Shown in pieces: positions 26,516-39,588 of a stretch of DNA of 64,000 nt (its first letter is position 1; each line of letters starts with the position of its first letter). The stretch lies in NCBI GenBank assembly GCA_963924565.1, contig OZ004612.1, positions 13,082,001 through 13,146,000 on the forward strand, read 5' to 3'. A program made the position numbers and the translations under genes. The stretch comes from Ascidiella aspersa (taxonomy: Eukaryota). Below the pieces are notes generated by a model. It had not been told where the DNA came from. It did no database searches and saw nothing but the letters and a program-made list of their open reading frames with translations.

Positions 26516-28934
26516 CCGGTATAGATAGAACGTATTTATTATTAATGTTTTTTTTATAATGTTTACTATTTTTTGTTTACGAAAAGTCTCCCTTTAATCA
26601 GTTTAGACTCCAGCAATAAGAACAAAAAAAGAAAAACCTCATCGCGGAACAGAACACAGTTCAGAATAAAACAAGAAATTAGCCTATTGTCGGAATAAGT
26701 TCTAAACATGTCACAATTGTGCCAAATCCTCTAAAGCAAGATGTAAACAAAATCTTACCTAACCCCCCAAAACACCTTTAACTTCATCATTCACTTGACT
26801 TAACGAAATATTCCAACCCATCCCAATCAACTAATTAAATCAATTGCCCCCTCCTAACCCTCAACAAGAGCAAATAGTCCGTTGCCAAAGAGCGCTGCTC
26901 AAACGTCAAAGTCAGAACAGCGGCGCCTAATCGCGTCTACGCAAAAGTATAATGTGTTATTCCGAATAGTATATGTGTTGTTCCGCGTATATATTAATGC
27001 TCAATGGTTTTTATTGTATCGTTGGTCTTAAAATTCGCGCGAATCGAAAAAAAAAAACTGTATCTCCATTATTTAAATTAGCTTAAAAGTGTAATTTAGA
27101 AGTCATGGCCTTGTTGCCTTGTGATGCAACAATAAGTCATAATGAAAAAGTCAAAAGAACTTAAACAAAAATGGCTCGCGGTTCACTAAAACTGCTGGAT
27201 AAAAGTTAAACTTTTGAACACTGCTGTACAGTATGGTTTATTAAATCCGAAGGTCGCGGTTTGAACACTGCTGTACAGTATGGTTCATTAAACACAAAGA
27301 AACGAAACAAAAAATTGTATTGTATCGTAACAATTGATCGCGAAGGGAGGCATATGCTAGGAAAATATCTATTGTCCCATCAAACTACTGATACAAAATA
27401 AATTTGATTCGGGCAAAATTATAACTACAATTGAAGTAGGTTAACAACATTTAATTTTTTCTTTATAGAGATCGTATTCAAACTGGACCAGAGAACATTT
27501 TTTTAACGACACCACTAGAAAAGTCTGTTTGACATGCGACACGGCTAGCGATAGGAATTGTGTTAATTTATATTTATTTGTCTTTCTGTTAATAAGAAAT
27601 TCAAATCAATTGGTGCTGTTTTCTTGTAACGAGAAGAAAATGCATATGTCATGGAATGAATACCTGTAAGCATCTTATGAACGCATTAAGTTCAAATACG
27701 AAATGAAATCATAATGCGACACCCTTAAAAAGCCAAAAGACGCACCAGGGCGTCGCGATGCACAGTTTGATAACAACTAAACTAGATTAATAGATTTCAT
27801 TAGCGCTTTGGGTATTTTCAGTTTCAATGCGTCGCCTTCGCGGTATGGATAACTACCATCGCATTCTTCCAACATTAAGCAAGTTGGCCAAATTCCGGCA
27901 CGAGTTTAACATGGAACGTGACATTTTGATGCAGTTTTTGGATCGCGCCCTCGTCGCGTTTTGAAGATAAAGCGTTCGTCGTGTTATGAGGTAATTTGTT
28001 GGCATCATTTCTAAAACCTTTATAATTCCCCTAAAATAACTGTTATAGAAAACAGCACATGTAGTAGGCTATAGCTCTTCAGCTGCAAAAACATGTTTTC
28101 CAAACAGGGTAAAGCATATACTTACAAAATAAAGTCACTCGAAGCGAGAAAACCAAGAAATACCGAAAAATTTTAAACTACAAAACCATACACGGTTTAC
28201 AATTAAATAAAAGGTTACATAATTGTTCAAGTTCCAATATTTTTTAGTCATTGGTCAAAAAGATCATCGTCGTGTTTCGTTTATTATATTTTGTTTTAGC
28301 TCAACTTCACTTCACCTGTATCTTTTTTACTAAGTACTTTACCTATACAGTAGTCAGTGACTTTTATTTGCGTACGATGTTTGCCGCATATGGTGACATT
28401 ATGTGCAAGAAGTAATTGGTCTTTGTCACACAATAAGATTATGGTGTTGAAGATAATCCGTTTTTTGACCGTCTGTTTGTTGTAATAATTTCAAGCTTTG
28501 TTTTATCAGATTTATTTAACATTTGTATTAGGTTTATTTATTACACGCATTATAACGCTTACGAAAAACCTATTGAAAAAAGAAGGTTGGTGAAGTGAAA
28601 AAAAAGAGTCAAGTTGGCTTAAAAGCAACTAATCACATAATTGCCTGATAGGGGCTTGTCCAATCAACCGTTAAACCAAGGCAGATTCACTCATCCATGC
28701 AACTTTTGTTAGAACCCCTTGGGCCTTGATGCATGATTTATATTTCTTGAATATTCTTGTATTATTGCCTTATTTAAGTTATGTCTTCGTTTTTTTGGCT
28801 TACTCCTGCAAGTTTCAGTTGTTTATATTGGTTGCGTCGTCTGTATAATGCACCAGACAAATGCCTTGACAGCTTAGGAATTGGGCAGTTGGGCGATTTT
28901 AATTTTTGTGCTTTAATTTTACATTTCATTAGAC

Positions 28935-29612
28935 CAGAGGTTTCCAACGTCAAACACTGAACTAGATTAACTATTAAAGTTATCGCGTTTTCTCAAAGTA
29001 GTTTCATTATACTTTTCTTTGGTAGTATGATTAACGACGTATGGACTCGAATTTTAAATCGAACAAACATTTTTTTATTGCGCTTCGCGCCAACACTTTC
29101 TTAATGTCTCCTTAAATGTATTAAACACGTTTTTAAATGCAAAAAATCCGAGGCCCGCCTGATGCACAGTTGTTCTAACATTTGAATAACACAATTCTTA
29201 GTTAACATTTTGTACGGCCCGCAGAGACCATTCTGAGTTTGGTTGGTGCCCGCGACTAGAAAAGATTGCCGACCTATGATTTAAAGTCTTGGCGCAGAAA
29301 GTTGAATTTTTCCTGGTAATGACATAACCTTGTAAAATATAGGAATTAATCTTTTATGTTGAGCTAACGTCAAAATTGGTACCTACGTCATTAACTTAGT
29401 TCAATTTATACACATGTTCATGTAAATTCCTATAGTGAATGTGTGTTAGACAACCTAAAATATGACTGACAGCTCTTTGAAACGAAAGTGCAGACAATAT
29501 GATGTTAGACAACAAATATTACAATACTTTACTGTAAAGCAAGATGATGGGGGCGATATGAAATATTATGAAACCCAAGGGGGCACTAGTGTAAAAAGGT
29601 TGGGAAACACTG
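28935..29612. mobile_element. hAT MITE with a nested MITE fragment
   Basis: TIRs CAGAGGTTTCCAAC / GTTGGGAAACACTG; perfect TSD cattagac at 28927-28934 and 29613-29620. Confidence 0.85.
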
Positions 29613-30025
29613 CATTAGACTAACACGTCTGTACGTTTTTAACATTGGTGTAGTTTGAGGACAAACGAAGGGCAGTCAGAAATGTTGTTTATGCGACAGC
29701 GTCTATATGTTAACGAGTCAAACGTGGGGGCATCATATTCACGGAAATCGTGTCCTTTCGCTTGTAACTCAACCCTGACGGTTTGTTCGCTATTCACAGC
29801 AAGCGGTTTTATTTAAATGAATTTCCGCCGCCTTATTGAAAGATTCCTGCGCCTGTTGGTTTCACACAAAGAACATGACAAACGTCATTGTTTTTCATTT
29901 GCTCAGAGCAAACCAACTTAACTCACAGGCGTGGATGTGGCTTTTCTGTGGACTTTGTTTTATTTGAAGTTACCTCAAGGACAAATCATAATCGAACAAA
30001 AGATGGGCATAATGCTTAGACTTAG

Positions 30026-30330
30026 ACTATAGGTAAAATACCCGGTTTTGCCCGCTGGGTAAATATAGTTTTTACCATTTTCTAACTGACTTACTGTATG
30101 TATAGTTGAACTCGCTATGTAAATTAATTGCAACTGCAATAAACGCGATAATTTGCGAAATTAACCTGAAATTTGTTTTGAACAAAATGAAACCATACAT
30201 CGTGATATGGGCTCTTTATCACTCTTGCACATCACATGAGGTTATTATCGGGTAGGCTTAAAAGAGACGTTAACGGAAATTTAACTTAATACCATAGTAA
30301 GTTTGCTAATCCCCGTTGAATAAGCCTATA
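30026..30330 (-). repeat. Helitron-like dispersed repeat, copy 1
   Basis: About 300 bp aligns by eye with 31982-32566. The minus-strand end reads ACCC..GGGT hairpin then ATAG|T, resembling a Helitron 3' end. Confidence 0.5.
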
Positions 30331-31981
30331 CGCCGAACAAAACAATACTGTCCCAACAGACTACGTCATATCTGTATTTTACCCTCTGTTGTTAAATGCG
30401 ACAATAGAATGAACGAAACCCACTGAGTTGTATTGCTAGATGGAAATCGGATTATCCAAGTTTTACCACATAAAATGCATTATGTGCTAATGTTTTTCAA
30501 GAAACATCTGTGAAACGTTTAGTTTTAACACAAGTTTTGTTTTAGTTTAATATTATTGTTTTCATTAGCCACAGTTGGTTTTCTTCTTGTTGTTTTGTAT
30601 TACACGATATTTTCGTTGACAACGAAAATTAACAAAAACTATCAACTCTGTAAAGAACGAAGTTAACTAGGGCAAAATGAATCCTTAAAACTTTCCGGAA
30701 ATCTTTGGTAAAAGGCGAAAGATTTACACGTTGTGAAAATGAATCCTTCAAACGCCAAACGTTAAAACGCCGATGTTTGAATAGCGACATCTAACGAACA
30801 GTCCGATGCGGAGCGCAAAAAAAACTCTGAGAACTCGCCCAGGTATTGATATACACGCTGGGACATTACGGTTAAACAACAGTTCGTGCTTATATTTTTG
30901 TCCTTGGGTTTAAAAATAACTGTACTGATATATCGTTATTTCTTTATAATACCTTATTAGGACAAAATTAAAATATTGCGACTCTGTAGACCGCAACGCA
31001 AAATTGCATTCTTTATCACAGCATTGTGGGTCTTATATCCATGATTACCAAAATTGTGAAAGTGATGTATTTTCGGGGGTAATGTGGACTGTTTAACGTG
31101 CTTCTTTATTTCTAACTGCGAATCAAGTGGAAACACAAAGATAACACTGGTAAATCATGCTGATTACAAAAAGAAGACTTGTTCTGATTATAGTTTTAGA
31201 TTTTTCTGTCACGTTAATTTTTTTTCACAAAACTTCATTTCAGTATTGAATGATAAAGAGGAAATAATGTATATATATATATATATGTACAAGAACCATG
31301 ATCTACACTTTTTGAAGTCGTTTTTTGACCAATTAACGATTACGGCTCACGTATCATAGTTCAACGAAAGGCGATTAATGATGCAAACATCAAGGAGCTC
31401 AGAAAAACAACTAGCCTGCGGTGAGGTTCGATGACCTCCAGCCATACCGGGACCGTCGCTTTACCAACAGGCATTTAGATTATTTTCCCCCAAATTAGCA
31501 CTACAAGTTAGTGAAGAGCAAGCTTAACTTTTCCACGAAGATTTGTATGGATTGGTTACGGTCTACTTTTTACTCTGTTGATTTATGTCATTATAAAAGG
31601 TCGCAAAATAACAATAGAGTAAGACGTTAGAGTTAACTGTTTCGACCTGACAAAGTATATGAAAGGAAACAAGACGAGGACAATTACTGCAACATAATAG
31701 GAAGTTAGTTTTGAAATAAAACTACCGCTAGGTAGAGATAGAGAAACTTTTACTACACAAAGGTCTGTGGAACATTAATATGATGGCCGATTTCTGTCGG
31801 TGCCCTACGAGAGATAGTGGGAATGCATAACAACATTCTGGATGCATATGAGGATGCATATGAACACAAAGTAAAAAAAATATGTACATTTTTTATATAA
31901 TAATATTAATTCCAGTATTGTTATCATTCTTTGTCATGCTATTAATTTTGATTGCTTTTTACACATGGGGATAATAATTGG

Positions 31982-32566
31982 ACTATATGAAATCCCTGGC
32001 TTTGTCCGCTGGTTACTATTTTCTAACTGACCTGTGTTGTTGAACCGGCTATGTAAATTAATTGCACCTGCAATAATCGCTAAAATTTGCGAAATAAACC
32101 TGAAATTTGGTTTAACAAAATAAAACCATCCATCTTGCTGTGGGCTCTTCATCACTATCGCACATGACGTTCTTCTTGGATAGGTTTAAAAAGGGCGTTA
32201 ACGCAAACCGAAATTTATTTAATACCTTAGTACATTGTTTCTTAACCTTTTTTACTTAGGGGCGCACCTAGAAACGTACGAAAACGTGGCGGCGCACCTT
32301 GCGAGCGAAGGGAGCGCGAAATATTTCTCTTAAATTGCTTGCATTTTTATATTATATGGGTTTTATAGTTGCATATCTTTGAAGGGACTTCCAGCCTTTG
32401 AAAATAAAAACGTATTTTTGCCCGTTAAGTCTTATTCCGATTAATTTTGGAATGATTTCGACATTTTTCCTTTCGCTCGCGGCGCACCAAGCAGCCTTCC
32501 ATGGCGCACCGGTTAAGAAACGCTGCCTTAGTAAGTTTGCTAAGCCGGGTTGAACAAGCCAATACC
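31982..32566 (-). repeat. Helitron-like dispersed repeat, copy 2, interrupted by a MITE
   Basis: Shares ttttctaactgac..gctatgtaaattaattgca..aacctgaaattt..tagtaagtttgctaa with copy 1. Confidence 0.55.
32233..32525. mobile_element. hAT MITE
   Basis: TIRs CATTGTTTCTTAACC / GGTTAAGAAACGCTG; perfect TSD ccttagta; matching empty site at about 30292-30299. Confidence 0.88.
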
Positions 32567-35500
32567 CAGTATTTAAACGTGACGAAAATATGAATTTATT
32601 TGGAGAACCCACCACTAAAAACTAATCCGCAATTTACTGAATACACTTTAGAATTTTTACACTGTTTTGAAAACACTATCCAACGTCAGACAAATTCGTA
32701 CCCCGTTTAAAATAAAAATTTCTCCCTGGTAAACCGCTGCAATAAACGCGATATTTTGCGAACTATGCTAAATTTTGCGTCGGTAAACATACTACAAGAA
32801 GCAAATAAGTTTTAACCCGCGAAAGATAATCGGTGCAACAAAAACACTTTTATTCAGCGAAATCTCAGAATTTTTATATAAACAGCTAAAAAATATAATA
32901 TTCCCATGTCCAGCGTGCGCGTGTGGAAATGTATTTAAAAAGACTCAAAGTTTACGAACGATTTTATCGTACAGTCAAGTATAGCGAATATCCAATTGGC
33001 GATGTCTCCCGATTTTTGCTTCTGATATGACGTGTGTAACGGCAACAGTACTTCAATAGTTTTGCCTTTTTTAAAACAGTGAACCATATGCTGTTCGATT
33101 AAACTACTTTTATTGAAACTAATGTTTCAAAAAATAAATTAAGACCTACATAAACGAGTGTAGGCTGGCTTAAGTAAATTTATTTTTCTAAAGATTTGCC
33201 TATTATATTGGAGTCCAATAGGTTTTTTCGTTGCTTTATATTATGAGAATGGACACATGAAGCTGAATCACGTAATTTGTTTTATAACGTCATAAAAGGT
33301 TTAGCCTACGCCCTATACGGTCTATGTCGTGAAACCAGTCGAACCTGACTTGAGCAGTGTATTTCACTTCCCTATTTACAATTGTATCTATAATTAAAAT
33401 TCGTATTTACATGCTGATAAACAAAACCAATGATTTGGGTTTTTTCAAGGTTTAAAATAACTTACACGAAAAGTTTCCTCAATAAAATCCAGTCATTTAT
33501 ACTCGTTCGGAAACGTTTTAAACGTGTTTTGAGAATTACCTGGTATTACCAGAAGCGTTGGCTGGCAGCTTGTTCGACAATCCATACACAACATTGTTTG
33601 GGTTTAAGAATTTCGAAAAGATAATGATCAGAAAATCAGACACTTAATAAAATGATTTTTTTAATTTTATTTTCTTCTTGAGTAGTTTTAGCTTAAAATA
33701 TTATTTTTCTCCCTATCAGCAAATGATGTTACGAAAAAAATCAATCGGAGGACCTTTTAATAAAGATTTTTTTCTTAACTTTTTCTGTTTTAAAAGTTAC
33801 GAAGGAATTGTGCCCCACTAAAAAAGTGTTCTTATGCAACAAGCGCAAAATCGCCTGAACTTTTATGACTGACTATAAGCGGAAACGAAATAATTTAAAC
33901 GGACGTCCTAACTGCTTTCCCATCTAAGTAGTGCACCAATACCGGTATACCAAACCAATTTTTCTCTTTGACTTAAAGCAACAATATATCCCTCTATTGC
34001 TTTTCAGCCATGTTTAAACCTTAAAGAAATAACGCAAAGTCAAAATATGAGTTGTATACGTCAACAATGTGCCGTTTACGGCGTGTATAATCATAATGTT
34101 TTCACTCTAATATTACTATAGTGAAACTTTTAAACATCACGAATAAAACAATAAAACATCACCAACAGAATAAGCTTAGTCAGCATCAGTCATGTATTTG
34201 AAGTTAAGACGAAATTTCCTATCAATCAAAAGCAAATGTCAGCAATATCAGGAAGTTGAAAGACTACGTTATTGTTTTGATCCAAAAACTCTGTATTTTA
34301 GTTTTGACGATCTCGTGACAATTTTACCAGCTTCAAAAACTACGCTTTTAGAGTTTTAATAATGTTTTTTTTTAATCAGATGGCATAACCTACTACGTCA
34401 CGGCATAATAAAACGATATGTATCAGCTTAATAATATAGATTTGCGCGAGAAAAGTGTATAACAAATTCCCCTTCCATTTACCTTATCGATCATTGCGGG
34501 ACAAATTTCAGCGTAATTTTAACGGCAAGGCATGTTTGCGTCATAGTTAATGTATTTCTAGGACTTGCTGATTAAAGAAGGCAAGAAGTGATATGCCCTA
34601 TCGGTGACTTTCTGACGTAACTGAAAACTTTCCATAAAAGGTCGATAAAAAAGTGCATACGGCTACAACAGTCGACAAAACTTAGCGAGATTGTTTTAAG
34701 GTATTACGTATAGCCTTTATCTAAAACGGAAAATAATAGTCTTTTTATTTGTAGCTTTGTAAACGTTGTGCTTTGGGTATATTAAGCACAAATCATTTTC
34801 GACCAAGTCTTGCAATTTACCGACTTGTATATGCTATTATAAAGAAGCAGAATAGTCAAAAATTATTTGAAAACGTGAAAAAGTATAGGTTATTCTCTAA
34901 AACGATTCACCTTAATACCTTATGTGGATTGTGTGTGGTGGCTAAATTTCTTGACATGTTAAAGCAATCGCGCACAAATTGTTATTTTGGCCAATAAGTA
35001 CCCTGATTCATTGTATAGTGTGGTTGCTTTAAAATGTTTTATTGTGTCGACTAAAAAGTGGATCATATTGGCGGCTTAATATGAGCTTTGATAGAAATGT
35101 GGTGCAATTTTCGCCACGTGACGTATATTTAGCCTAAAGCTGAAATCATTACCGCAATGCCGGTTTGTTTGGTAGAAATGCATAATCCTTATATGATCCT
35201 CTTTGTGAAAAAGATTTACGTGAGGCTGTGATCGAGTTTCCGAGAAACGAAGATAGCTTTAAATTTACGTAATGGTAGCAAAAAAATGCTGTGAAAGGAT
35301 GAAATAAAAAATGTTAGGAAGTTTTTATTGAAGAATTATTCGCTATAGTTGTAGTCAATTACATAGTGCTTTCTCTCCTTTGAAAAATCTCCAAATTTTT
35401 TGTTCTATTTCTCTATTTATCTGAAATGTAACACATTTTGTTGCATTTTTGGAGATTACCGGCATTCCACCCAGCAGATTTTGTTATCTGGATTTGGCTT

Positions 35501-38500
35501 TTGCCTACTAATATATATTCAACGTTGTCCCAAAAAGGCGTTGTAAAAACGTCGCTTTAATCCCACGCAAGTACATTATACAACCAAATAAACTACAGAG
35601 TACAACCAAATATAGAGTACAAGGTTTTGTGAGGAGCACAGGGCTCTTACAAAGAGCCTATATTATCTTTGACTTTCTCAAATCCACGTTAAACATGTTG
35701 ACATACCGCAAAAAAACTAGAAAACGTTGTTTTTAATGCCGTTGTATACAGATGACATCTCATTCTTGCGCACATAAAAAACGAACCTTTCTCTTTAAAC
35801 TTGGAAACTAAAACGGCCCAAGGCGACGAATAGCTTTCAGGGTAAGAAAACAAAATTAAAAGAGTAATAGTTGCAGGAGTTCGAATTTCAAGTGACGCCT
35901 ACGTTCCGGGCCTACGTCGTCTATAAACGCGAACATATACATAAAGTACATATATCTGACGGTGGAACGTGCGCAAAATAGACTCGGGTAACTGCGGTCC
36001 GCGTCAGTGGAATTATCGCGAAACAAAGTTGTTTGAGTTTCAGGTCAGAGTCAGTCCGTTATCTGTTGTTGAATCTCGATCAGCCCTGAGTCAGGGCGAC
36101 CACTGGAGTGTAATTTCGGTGCTGAGTTATTTCGCCTGCGTCGCCATCTTCTTGCTTTATGTTGCGATCGCGGTATTTTTCGCTTCCAGCGGTTTTTGCG
36201 GTCTAGCGCTTCTTTAACGCGCAGGAAAGGCTTTGCTTGTATGTCGGATATTACAAATTTTAAACGTTCAAGATACCGTTCAAACAGTGAGAAAATTTCA
36301 AGCTGGCAAGCCAGACTTTTCGTATGGCCGCAATTGGTCGTGATCCTTACTAGGTATAGCTAGCCTGCCGAGACATGTTCCAGATGCCACAAATATCCGT
36401 TAGCTCTTTGTTTTGCTGACAGGTGGTGGTTGCCAAATCCATTTAATTACAACGGCTTACTATGGCATACTGGCAATTACCTTTTCCTAACTATGCTGTA
36501 ATTCTATTGTTCTGGATGAATATCCCTTGCGGTATTTTAAATATTTCCCGGATTATTTTTTTTGTTGTTAAATTATTTGCCACAAACACAAATATACAAT
36601 ACTAAAAAAATCGACATATTTTTGCAAACCTTAATTTTAGGTTGAACGCATGATAATAAGTACAGCGCATATCTTAATAACCAGAAATAAGTTATAGTCG
36701 TTAAATTGGATGTCTAATTTTTATCACATCAAACATCTATAGAACGCCATTTGAACCATCAGACTGTTTTCTGCGTATTGCGTTATTATACTAACAAAAC
36801 ATATATTTCCATTATTACTTTTCGTGCAACATGCGTCGTTTTAGGTTGAACCAATTGCTTTATGGAAGTAAAGCATCGTGAGTTAACCTCGAACGCCAAA
36901 TTGTTTGTTATATTGTTTTACAACGTTTTTAAATTATGTTGATTGTGTAGTTTCCCAGACGAATTACATTTATCAACCATTAGTTACACGTAACAATTAT
37001 GCTCGTAGCCGAAGGCATAAAAATACCAAACAATAATTACGAGGGTGCTGTTAGGCTTGGTACATTTTAATTTTCCTGCGCTTCAACCGCAAAAATATTA
37101 AACATGGGGAAAAATGCGTACATCGGGCGAAGGCTATACGTCATTACAATTAGCTCACTTCCAGAATTAGATTTTAGAAAAATACCCGCAATCTGTCGTA
37201 GCCTTAACGGGGGCGAAATGAGGATAGGCTCGCCTCGGACGGTCAAGACCAGTATGCGACTTGATCTCAAATGTCCTGCGAACCAGTGGCACTAAAGAAA
37301 GCGAGAGTCCCAACTCTAAGTGGTTCAACACACCCGGGCGTGCGTAGGAGGCAGAAGTCGGCAATTTTGCCTCCAACCAATTGCTGTTTACCGCAGTCGA
37401 ATGCGGCATAAGCGCCAATTGCGGGTAAAACAGTGCTTGCGTCGGCAAGGCGCAGCCCAACTGCGTTAACCGCCGCCTCTTCACAGGTCGCTTTTAAAAC
37501 CGGCGCTTGCCGCTCATCGTCGCAGATGTTTAGCAGAAAATCGGCAGATGAGCAATGGTCTTCATGACGCACGTTTCGCTGTGCGTGCCTTTGCAGTGTG
37601 AAAGAACGCGGTAAAGCTTTAAATAACCATATAGAACAGGTAAAGAAATACCATATAGAACAGGTAAAGAAATTTAAGCTCCAAAAAGCTACAAATCTAC
37701 TAATTTGTGGTGCTACATAAGGTTATTGGGTTTATTTAGTGCGAATTTGTGCAATTCGTGAGAATATTTATGGGACTGTGCTTCTTACCTAAATGGTGAG
37801 GACATTATGACTAACTATTAATCAAACACTAATAAATATAAAACATTGCATTAAATAAAGTGCTTGGTCAGCGTCTTAATAGACTTAAAATCGTCAAATA
37901 TCACTACAATATTTAACCTTATCTCCTCAATATGTGCAAGCCGTTTTAATGCCACAATAATCAGTATGTTTTAACATCAAGGTCTACTTCGATCGTTGGT
38001 TGAATTCAACTTTAACATTGTTCAAGATTTAAATATCCAATCGATTAAAGAGTTTTCTAGAAAACTTTTCCCTAGTCGGCCTTTGGATGGAAATCGTTGC
38101 TCAACTTTATATTAGGACTGGGGTTTAAACTTTAAAGGCACGTTACAATGAATCGCTTGTTATTTGAAGTTTTTCGCATGGCGTAAGTCTTGTCCCGCCC
38201 TTCTTCGAATTCTTTGTCCGCACACGAACGGGGGACACGCAGCTGAATTACGTCGTGTAATGCTGCACAGGTCGTTCATGCACCTCGCGTGCGCAATCAA
38301 CACAGTTCAGCTGAAACGCGGGAAAATCCCGTTGGCGTTAATCGAGGCCAGGCGAAGTTTGAACCGCTCGGCCAAATCCGATTAAAAAGCCTTTTTTTCG
38401 TGTAAGGTACATATCATACAATCCCTGGCACGTACTGAGTAGTTCATTGGAGTGCAAAAACTTGACTACAGGCAGCATCGGAACAATCAGCCTTGTGACG

Positions 38501-39192
38501 AAATCATTACACATTACATTGCATTACGGCCATTAAAATCAGCGAAAGCGATTCCGTGCATGCCGCATTCACGCATTCCACTCGCGAAATGGCGCGAATA
38601 AAACGCCAAGTCAGCCCAAGCTGAATGGTTATGACGCAGTTTCGTTTTCTTGATAACGTCAAAGAAATCAAATTCCTCGAAGCGTTTGAAAATCGATCAA
38701 TCAGCGAGCGAAGGCGATCACCACCAGTTCTGAAGTTTGACGTCATCAGTTATTTAACGATTCCGTTTTATAAACGTTCTCTCTGTGTCGCCACCATAAA
38801 AGACGATACGCGTTAACTATCGTGCTCTTGGATTTTTCTTAAAACGTTAGCGCCAGTTTTATATAAGATCGGCGGTCGTTGAATAGCTATGTTTGACGTG
38901 GCAAAAAAAGAAATAGATCGAAAAGCGGCGTTGGCATTTCACGCGCTCGAATAATAACTACAGCAATTACATTTCCGGCCAACATTGATCGACATGGCGC
39001 GCAAAACGCCAAACGCGCATTGTGGCGCAAGAGTCTTGGCGCCTCGTGCCGCTTCTGCGCATTGCTCCCGTACACTGGCACCCTGACATTTCGCCTGGCG
39101 ATTTAGCCAAACGTCATCAAAGTTTACCTGTTACGTAGGAGGGAAGCGTTGGCCTCACGACGCCATCATAGCTCTGATCCTGTCACGCATAC

Positions 39193-39588
39193 CAGGGGCG
39201 CGCCCGCAGATCGCTTTCCATGGGGGAAGCTTTATTCCCATTTTTTTTATTGTAAACACATGGGGCAAAACGATACAAACGTAATAGCTAAAATTAAGGC
39301 ATCGTGTAACGAGTGAATATGGCGTTCAAGCACGCAATGCAACGGTTTAACAAAATAGCTTACACCGTAACACGCAGCGTATATGGATATTTATTATCGT
39401 TTTGTAAAAAGAGTCCCCATTGAAAAACGGTTCGAAAACCGAGTTTAAGCAATAGCCGATCAGGATAATTTCATTTGCGCGAAAGGTAAAACAAAACATT
39501 GTTAATCAAAGTGAACTAACTTAATATGGGGTAATCATAATGTAAAGCCTCCTCCCCCTTGACCCCCCTATTTATCGCACGTTCCCTG
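39193..39588. mobile_element. PIF/Harbinger-like MITE
   Basis: Ends CAGGGGCGCGC / GCACGTTCCCTG; G-rich and C-rich subtermini; 3-bp flank tac / tac. Confidence 0.45.

Noticed and set aside
31420-31475. tRNA gene candidates (also near 17500 and 27245)
   Set aside because: Only partial A- or B-box resemblance and no cloverleaf; at best SINE debris.
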